Source: a bacterium
Lineage (GTDB): Bacteria; UBP7; UBA6624
DNA length: 55,163 nucleotides
Assembly (NCBI GenBank): GCA_014384545.1
Contig: JACNFQ010000053.1
Coordinates: 1 to 55,163 of the forward strand
Reading direction: 5' to 3'
Positions 49,041 through 55,163 of the stretch are shown piece after piece. Position 1 is the first letter of the stretch, and every line of letters begins with the position of its first letter. The notes beneath the pieces were generated by a model. It was not told where the DNA came from, ran no database searches, and was given only the letters and a program-made list of their open reading frames with translations. The translations under genes were made by a program, and so were the position numbers.

Positions 49041-49762
49041 TTGAAGTCAGCCACCTTGGTAAGTCGTTTGGGAATACGCGTGCACTAAATGACCTCTCCT
49101 TTTCCCTTGCTGAGGGTGAATCTGTAGCTCTTTGGGGGCACAATGGTGCAGGAAAATCAACCCTCCTCCATGCACTGCTTGGGCTCTTTCCCTATGAGGG
49201 CAAGATTACCTTGAACGGTGTGGATGTAAAGCGTGACGGAACAGAAGCGAGGCGTCATGTGGGGTTTGTTCCCCAAGTATTGGGTTTCCACCCAGGTGCG
49301 ACAGCCGTTGAAGCTTACTCTTTTTTCTCCTCATTGCGCGGGTTGAAAGTTAACCAATCCTCTTTCCATTCGATGGGTCTAGAAGGAGAAGAGAGAAAAC
49401 GCCTTCGAGATCTTTCAGGGGGCATGCGGCGACGCTTAGCTCTAGGTATCGCCCTTCTGGACAACCCGCCTCTCCTCTTGTTGGACGAACCCACCTCCGA
49501 CTTAGATGCGAAAGGGAGAGAGTCTTTCTTAGAACGACTTGAGGTGGCAAAAGAGACGGGGCATACTCTCCTTTTCTCTTCTCACCGACCCGACGAAATC
49601 GTTCGCTTAGCAGACCGTGTCCTCTTTCTAGATGGGGGCGAATTGGTTCAGGACGGGCTCACCAGCCATCTCTTCCATGATGGCTCCCCGGGAACTTCTG
49701 TTAGAAAAACAAACGGAGACTCTTTCATCCCCGTTTCCAAGTTGGGAGGTATCCATGCCTAG
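49037..49762 (+). CDS. nosF: NosF ABC ATPase
   Basis: GHNGAGKST, LSGGM and LLLDEPT; lies between nosD and nosY. Confidence 0.9.
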   Translation: MIEVSHLGKSFGNTRALNDLSFSLAEGESVALWGHNGAGKSTLLHALLGLFPYEGKITLNGVDVKRDGTEARRHVGFVPQVLGFHPGATAVEAYSFFSSLRGLKVNQSSFHSMGLEGEERKRLRDLSGGMRRRLALGIALLDNPPLLLLDEPTSDLDAKGRESFLERLEVAKETGHTLLFSSHRPDEIVRLADRVLFLDGGELVQDGLTSHLFHDGSPGTSVRKTNGDSFIPVSKLGGIHA

Positions 49763-50588
49763 ATTTGCTCTTCTTCTTGCTTTTGGTAAGCGTGAACTGA
49801 AAGAAGCGTTTCGTAATCTATGGTTCGTTCTCTTTAGTTCGGCCTTCTCAGTCTTAGCTGTCGCTCTCTCTTGGCTCTCTCTTTCCGGAGCGGGACGAGA
49901 GGGCCTAGCCTCTTTAGACCGCACAGGAGCAAGCCTAACCCATCTTGTCTTGCTCATCGTTCCACTCCTAGGACTTGTCTTAGGAGCTGGCTCTTTGGCT
50001 GGTGAAAGAGATAGAGGCACCCTTCCCATGCTCCTTGCTCAACCTGTATCTCGAGCTGAAGTTCTTGGAGGCAAACTCCTTGGATTGGGGGGGGCACTCT
50101 TAGGAACGATTGGTTTAGGGTTTGGTTTGGCTGGTCTCTTGATTGCTTGGGGGGGTGGCACATTGGGTGCCGATAGTTTCCTACTCTTAGTTGCCCTCTC
50201 TTTTCTGTTGGCTTTTACGGCGCTGGGATTAGGTATGCTGATCTCTTCATGCGCTCGAACAGAGGGTGCTGCACTAGGTTTGGCATTGTTCCTGTGGCTA
50301 GGCTTCGTTTTTTTGGGGGACTTGGGATTGATGGGAACAGCTGTCGCTTTTCAGACCGAACCTGGCACCCTGTTCTTGTTAGCCCTTGGCAACCCTCTTG
50401 AGGTTTTTAGGATGGCTACTGTACTCTCTATCAAGGGTGGAGGCGAGTTATTAGGACCTTCAGGTTTATGGGCTCTTCGGGAGTGGGGAGAGGCCCTGGA
50501 AGGAGGATTGATTGCCACACTCTTCCTATGGGCACTACTGCCCGCCATCATCTCCACTTCCGTCTTCAAAAAGCGAGGTATTCAATGA
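49755..50588 (+). CDS. nosY: NosY ABC permease
   Basis: AGERDRGTLPMLLAQPVSR and NPLEVFR; multi-TM. Confidence 0.9.
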   Translation: MPRFALLLAFGKRELKEAFRNLWFVLFSSAFSVLAVALSWLSLSGAGREGLASLDRTGASLTHLVLLIVPLLGLVLGAGSLAGERDRGTLPMLLAQPVSRAEVLGGKLLGLGGALLGTIGLGFGLAGLLIAWGGGTLGADSFLLLVALSFLLAFTALGLGMLISSCARTEGAALGLALFLWLGFVFLGDLGLMGTAVAFQTEPGTLFLLALGNPLEVFRMATVLSIKGGGELLGPSGLWALREWGEALEGGLIATLFLWALLPAIISTSVFKKRGIQ

Positions 50589-51046
50589 GACTTTTTCTTC
50601 ACTCTTTGATCCTCTTAGCAAGCTGTAGGGGTATTGCTCAAGCAGAGGAGCCCCCATCTCTACGCCTTGGGGTGGACATCTGCGACTATTGCTCTATGAT
50701 GATTGATGATATCCGTTTTGCTTCAGCCTATGTCACGACAGAAGGGAAAGTGCGCCGTTTTGATGATATTGGGGGCCTCCTAATCACCCTAAAAGAGAGA
50801 GGTGAATCTATTCAATCGGTGTGGGTACACGACATCTCTTCTCTCTCATGGATAGATGGTGAGAAGGCGATATATGTCCATGGTGGAACAATGACTCCTA
50901 TGGGGTATGCTCTTTCTGCCTTCTCTCTTCATGAAGAGGCAGAGCGATTTGCACAAGAGAGTGGGGGCATCGTCATGTCGTGGGAGGAGATTCTCACATC
51001 AGAGATTACCCCCCAATCACCCCACCAAACTGGAGGGAAAGAATGA
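50585..51046 (+). CDS. nosL: NosL copper chaperone lipoprotein
   Basis: Lipobox LASC; CDYCSMMI, FDDIG and TPMG. Confidence 0.92.
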   Translation: MRLFLHSLILLASCRGIAQAEEPPSLRLGVDICDYCSMMIDDIRFASAYVTTEGKVRRFDDIGGLLITLKERGESIQSVWVHDISSLSWIDGEKAIYVHGGTMTPMGYALSAFSLHEEAERFAQESGGIVMSWEEILTSEITPQSPHQTGGKE

Positions 51047-51450
51047 ACAGAACGTCAGCGATGCTTGCCTTAGAGGGATTGATCCGATTGGCTGCATTGC
51101 CAAGAGAAGAGTACCACACCTTGGCCGAAATCTGTCCACCAAACTCACCAACTCCACCCTATTTTGCGAAAGTATTTCAACGGCTATCCCTTTCACCTAT
51201 CGTCTCGGCACGAAGGGGACCTGGGGGCGGGTACAAACTGACGATCTCTCCCCAAGAGATTACTTTAGAGGCCGTGATTCTTGCCTCTACCGAACAAAAG
51301 AGCCTCTCATCCTGCCTTCTCAGAGATGCCCCTTGCGGGTCTGAACCTGCCTGTCCGCTACACAAACTGTTGAAGGATGAACAGATTGCACTCTCTCATC
51401 AAATTACCTCATTGACCTTAGAAGACTTGCTTGAAAGCGAGGGTGCCTAG
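51043..51450 (+). CDS. Rrf2-family Fe-S transcriptional regulator
   Basis: YFAKVFQRL, SARRGPGGGYKL and C-x6-C-x5-C-PLH. Confidence 0.9.
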   Translation: MNRTSAMLALEGLIRLAALPREEYHTLAEICPPNSPTPPYFAKVFQRLSLSPIVSARRGPGGGYKLTISPQEITLEAVILASTEQKSLSSCLLRDAPCGSEPACPLHKLLKDEQIALSHQITSLTLEDLLESEGA

Positions 51451-52298
51451 GTTTCGTCTAGGTTTGGGTGCGGATTCGCCTTGTGATGCTTGTGACTCCA
51501 AGAGAAAAAAGTCCCTGCCCACGCCACTGTATATCCAACCATAGCGGCTATCTTCATGATAATACCACCCAGTTTTTGATCTTCAAGAGGCGAGAAATCG
51601 AGCCATCCCTCTAGCCGCGGTGCCACTTGATAAGTGGGATAGAAGACTTGGTCACTAAACGAGAGAATGCCAAACGCAGGAAGCTGTGCCACGGGAAATG
51701 CGAAGATATAGAGGAGTCTGGCACCAAAGGAGAGGCGTGGCCATCCGGGGACAGGATTGAGGAGGGGCCACCAAGAGAGAATTGCACCAAAGAGCATTGT
51801 CGCATGTTCTAGATTGTGGATGGGGGTGCTGTGAAGGGCTGCCTCGTAAAGGCGTGGCAGGTGCCAACCCAAAAAGAAGAGATGGAAAAGAGCCCAAGCC
51901 ACGAGAGGTTTTGTCAGGGTTTGGAGGATGGGTCGGATAAGGGGGCGGTCAAACAAGCTCTTGGCGAGTGCCGGAGGAATCCCGACCAAGAGGGCTACAG
52001 CAACAGGGAAGATGAAGAGGATATGTTGGACCATATGAACCCAAAACAGATACTCTTCGCCCACATGGTCAATGGGCGAAGAAACTGCGACATAGAAGAG
52101 GGCTACACCAAAGAAAAAGGAGAGTGCTCTCCACAGAGGGTATGGCGTTCCCTTTCCCCATTTTTCCCTCCAAGGACCAATGCCAAAAAAATATAGGGAT
52201 AGCACACCCAAGAGAAGGACCAAGAGGGGAACCTCATGAGTCCAAGTTGAGATATTTTCTGATTCGTGGAGCCCCGTATGGAGGAAGAGCATTCTCAT
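51447..52298 (-). CDS. ctaG: Caa3-type CtaG oxidase assembly factor
   Basis: SPID...YLFWVHMVQH, WHLP, HNLEH, WWP and EDQKLGGIIM. Confidence 0.92.
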   Translation of the reverse strand: MRMLFLHTGLHESENISTWTHEVPLLVLLLGVLSLYFFGIGPWREKWGKGTPYPLWRALSFFFGVALFYVAVSSPIDHVGEEYLFWVHMVQHILFIFPVAVALLVGIPPALAKSLFDRPLIRPILQTLTKPLVAWALFHLFFLGWHLPRLYEAALHSTPIHNLEHATMLFGAILSWWPLLNPVPGWPRLSFGARLLYIFAFPVAQLPAFGILSFSDQVFYPTYQVAPRLEGWLDFSPLEDQKLGGIIMKIAAMVGYTVAWAGTFFSWSHKHHKANPHPNLDET

Positions 52299-52340
52299 AT
52301 GAAGTATTATCCCAAAAACTATGTCGTGGAAGAAGCGTCG

Positions 52341-53078
52341 CTAGAGAGAAGCTAGATAGTGCAAGAGAGCTTCGACTTCTTCATCAGATGCTGTCATCGT
52401 AAGTCCCATCGGCATCATGCCCTTAATGAACCCTTTTGGTGCACGCTTCATTGGGTCTAGAACAGATTCTCGAATATAGGCGGTATCCACAATAATCGTT
52501 GTGCCATCATCCATCTCTTGCTCCCGTCCTAATAGACCCTTCCAAGAAGGTCCGACCAACCGTGAGCCGTCCACACTATGGCATGCCGAACAACCCAATT
52601 GAGTCGCTACCGTTTCGCCTAAAGCAATCATCTCATCCTTCGTAAGGGCGTTTCCACCTTCACAGGGGTTTGCCACCTCCATCTCAACGACCTCTCCCCC
52701 TTCACAGGGGTTTGTTGGCGTGGGATCGGGTGTGTGACAGGGGTTTGCCACCTCAATCTCAACGACCTCTGGGGTTTGGTGGGCAACCTCGCTACGGGGA
52801 CTGGGCTGGGCAGCATTTGGGTTCAACATCACAATGATAGCCCAGGCACTGCCAGCAATCAGAAAGACCCCCATCCCGAAGATCCAACCCAACAAGGCGG
52901 GGTCTTTCTTGAGGTGCATGTAGACCTGGATGACCAACCAAAACTTGAGGGCTGCTAGCGAGAGCAAAAGGACGTTGTAAACGGTTTGCGGTGACCACGA
53001 AGGGAGCATCACCTCCACTACAGTCACCAATGTCAAGATCACAGCGATTTTTAGGTAGTTATTGTTCTTGTTGCTCAT
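52341..53078 (-). CDS. Cytochrome c oxidase subunit IV fused to a monoheme cytochrome c
   Basis: Three TM helices with LTLVTVVEV and KFWLVIQVYMHLK; linker with NPC repeats; GCSACHSVDG...VGPSWKG...YIRESVLDP...MMP. Confidence 0.85.
   Translation of the reverse strand: MSNKNNNYLKIAVILTLVTVVEVMLPSWSPQTVYNVLLLSLAALKFWLVIQVYMHLKKDPALLGWIFGMGVFLIAGSAWAIIVMLNPNAAQPSPRSEVAHQTPEVVEIEVANPCHTPDPTPTNPCEGGEVVEMEVANPCEGGNALTKDEMIALGETVATQLGCSACHSVDGSRLVGPSWKGLLGREQEMDDGTTIIVDTAYIRESVLDPMKRAPKGFIKGMMPMGLTMTASDEEVEALLHYLASL
52657..52770. repeat. Intragenic direct repeats encoding EVVE(I/M)EVANPC and NPCEGG
   Basis: 34-bp copies at 52662-52695 and 52737-52770 (one mismatch); 16-bp copies at 52657-52672 and 52699-52714. 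Confidence 0.85.
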
Positions 53079-53090
53079 TTTCTTACTCCT

Positions 53091-53828
53091 CTAGGACCCA
53101 GGCATTTCCATCAAGTAGACAACGGAGAAAATCACAATCCAAACGACATCAACGAAGTGCCAATAAAGGCCTGCTACTTCAACATGGACTGCTTTTTTCT
53201 TTGTGACACCTCCCCAAAACGAGTGGACCAACAAAAGAATCATCCAAAGAACACCCACCGCCACGTGCACGCCATGAAAGCCTGTTAGTAGATAAAAAGA
53301 AGCCCCAAAAAGGTTCGTTTGCATCGTTAGCCCTTCTTCAATAAAAGTAGAGAATTCGAAGACTTGATAGCCCAAGAAAACCAACCCACAGAGAATCGTG
53401 GCCACATTCCATAGACGGAACTTTCCCAAATCCCCCCGTTGAATTGCTGCCAACTGGAGCACCATCGTTAGGGAGCTAGTCAAGAGAATAAAGGTGCTGA
53501 TTGTGGTCGTCTGGAAGTCAAAGACATCAAGGGGCCATGGACCTGTCAAACTCCTTCCTTTATAGACCAAATACCCTGCAATTAAGCTCCCGAACAACAT
53601 GCAGTCGCTAGCGATGTATGCCCACCAAAGGAGCTTGATGTGGGGAACACCAGTCCCCTCGGGCGGCTTAGGGGGACCTTCGGTCTGGTCATCGGGCACG
53701 GCAGGTACCGTTTGGGGTTTCTTTCGAACCAATCCCAAAATACCATAAAAGGTAAAGACTGCAACACCAAACGCAGCGACCACAAGAGCGAGTCCCATTA
53801 GGGGAGAAAGTGTACTGGCAAGAATCAT
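53091..53828 (-). CDS. ctaE: Cytochrome c oxidase subunit III
   Basis: IASDCMLF, TFILLTSSLTM, FYLLTGFHGVHV and GLYWHFVDVVW. Confidence 0.94.
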   Translation of the reverse strand: MILASTLSPLMGLALVVAAFGVAVFTFYGILGLVRKKPQTVPAVPDDQTEGPPKPPEGTGVPHIKLLWWAYIASDCMLFGSLIAGYLVYKGRSLTGPWPLDVFDFQTTTISTFILLTSSLTMVLQLAAIQRGDLGKFRLWNVATILCGLVFLGYQVFEFSTFIEEGLTMQTNLFGASFYLLTGFHGVHVAVGVLWMILLLVHSFWGGVTKKKAVHVEVAGLYWHFVDVVWIVIFSVVYLMEMPGS

Positions 53829-54907
53829 TGTCCTGCCTCCATGGGGTGAATATGTTCTCCACCCTCTCCTTCTAAAGCCCATGCAAAGAAAGCGAGTAGC
53901 ATAATGCCCACCCCTGTGAACCCTAGTGCGGGGCTATACAGGAGCCCAAGCCCTCCAAAGAGAATCCCCAAACTTGCGATGGCGGGCATCCAAGACCCCC
54001 CAGGCATGTGGATCCCGCCCTTGTCGGGAGGAAGAGTAGCGATTTCTCGCTTTTCCATCTTGGCAGCCCAAAGTTCATCCCTCTCTTTTACGACGGGTGT
54101 TTGGGCAAAGTTGTATACAGGGGGAGGAGACGTTGTGGTCCACTCCAATGTCCGGGCGTCCCATGGATCGGCAGGTGCTCTCTCTCCGTGGCGTGCTGCT
54201 CGGAGAAGCTCCATAATAAAGAGTAGGACAGAAAGCCCCATCGCAAATGCCCCAAACGTGGCAGCCAAATTGGAAGCACCCCATCCCATCTCGGATGAAT
54301 AGGTGTAGATGCGCCTGGGCATTCCATAAAAACCGGCAATGACCATCGGTATGAATGTCGCATTGAACCCCCAGAAAAAGAGCCAGAAAATCTTCTTTCC
54401 TCGCTTGTCATCCAATAGGCGTCCGGTCATCTTCGGGAACCAATAAGCAATCCCAGCAAAGAGACCGAAGAGCCCCCCACCCACAAGCGTATAGTGGAAA
54501 TGTGAAACGACAAAATAGGTATCATGTTGCTGGTAATCAGATGCCGCAGCACTGTTCATGATTCCTGTCAGCCCCCCCCATAAGAACATTCCAATGAAGG
54601 CAACAGCATACAACATGGGCGTGGTAAATCGAATCTTCCCACCCCACAAAGTAAAGACCCAGTTGAAGATCTTTGCCCCTGTGGGTATCGCAATCAAACT
54701 CGTTGTGAGGGCAAAAGCTGTATTGGCGACAGGCCCCATCCCTACGGTAAACATATGGTGGGCCCAAACCGCAAACCCCAAGAAAGCAATCGTTGCACCC
54801 GAAAAAACGACGACCGGATATCCGAAAAGGGGTTTGCGGGAAAAGGTAGGAAGTATCTCAGAAATGATCCCCATCGGCGGAAGAACGATGATATAAACCT
54901 CTGGGTG
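53825..54907 (-). CDS. ctaD: Cytochrome c oxidase subunit I, recognisable only from HPEVY to the C-terminus
   Basis: HPEVY, VWAHHMF, IAIPTGAKIFNW, HDTYFVVSHFHY and GMPRR. Sequence upstream of 54907 is not subunit I-like. Confidence 0.9.
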   Translation of the reverse strand, partial: HPEVYIIVLPPMGIISEILPTFSRKPLFGYPVVVFSGATIAFLGFAVWAHHMFTVGMGPVANTAFALTTSLIAIPTGAKIFNWVFTLWGGKIRFTTPMLYAVAFIGMFLWGGLTGIMNSAAASDYQQHDTYFVVSHFHYTLVGGGLFGLFAGIAYWFPKMTGRLLDDKRGKKIFWLFFWGFNATFIPMVIAGFYGMPRRIYTYSSEMGWGASNLAATFGAFAMGLSVLLFIMELLRAARHGERAPADPWDARTLEWTTTSPPPVYNFAQTPVVKERDELWAAKMEKREIATLPPDKGGIHMPGGSWMPAIASLGILFGGLGLLYSPALGFTGVGIMLLAFFAWALEGEGGEHIHPMEAGQ

Positions 54908-55163
54908 TAGTTTTCCTGACTTGTTGGCAATTTCGTGGACGTGCAGTATGGGTTCAAGGTTGTTATGTTGTTGATCTGTCATATTCGTTCTAGCAGATTC
55001 CGCTCCTCCCAGCGTACAGGCCATTGTTTTCGTAAGGTCGCACATTGGGGGATTCGTTAGTGTTGTGTGCGGCTCCGCCATCAGCCCGTCGACTCCTGCA
55101 TCCTCACGGCCTAGTTTTGCGTGTTTATCATTCGCTTTTGTGAGACCACCCCGAACCGAGTCT
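54908..55163 (-). other. Unassigned sequence abutting the HPEVY codons of ctaD (insertion, intron or assembly join)
   Basis: In-frame translation is hydrophilic and lacks the expected ...QHLFWFFG and helices I-V. Confidence 0.7.

Noticed and set aside
55039-55075. Group II intron domain V (minus-strand GAGCCGCACA...TGTGCG)
   Set aside because: Lacks the GNRA loop and the CGGTTC closing strand, and lies about 130 nt from the junction.

Overview
Gene-dense window from a diderm bacterium; the lineage cannot be assigned from this sequence. All family calls come from motif recognition, not database searches. In order: (1) a respiratory molybdoenzyme island with the 3' end of an AioA/IdrA-like subunit, mobB, a membrane protein, a complete Tat-exported Psr/Arr-like operon with an atypical FS0 motif, a TorD chaperone, a porin and an orphan OmpR-type regulator; (2) benzoyl-CoA pathway genes oah-SDR-had-dch with no reductase; (3) a DtxR-FeoA fusion, feoB, a DsbA-YceI fusion, ispG, thiO and an M3 peptidase; (4) a long minus-strand housekeeping run (rpmE-prfA-prmC-tsaC-yqaA-ndk, nrdJ-dcd, two-domain ssb-cinA-recA-rny-ymdB) followed by an unexplained PIN + PD-(D/E)xK + Zn-ribbon gene and lemA-htpX; (5) tRNA-Gln, an SDR and a prolyl oligopeptidase; (6) a clade II nosZBDFYL cluster with an Rrf2 regulator, converging on a heme-copper oxidase operon whose subunit IV is fused to cytochrome c and whose subunit I is preceded by unrelated sequence exactly at HPEVY. 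Several genes look leaderless. No CRISPR array, rRNA or transposase was seen.
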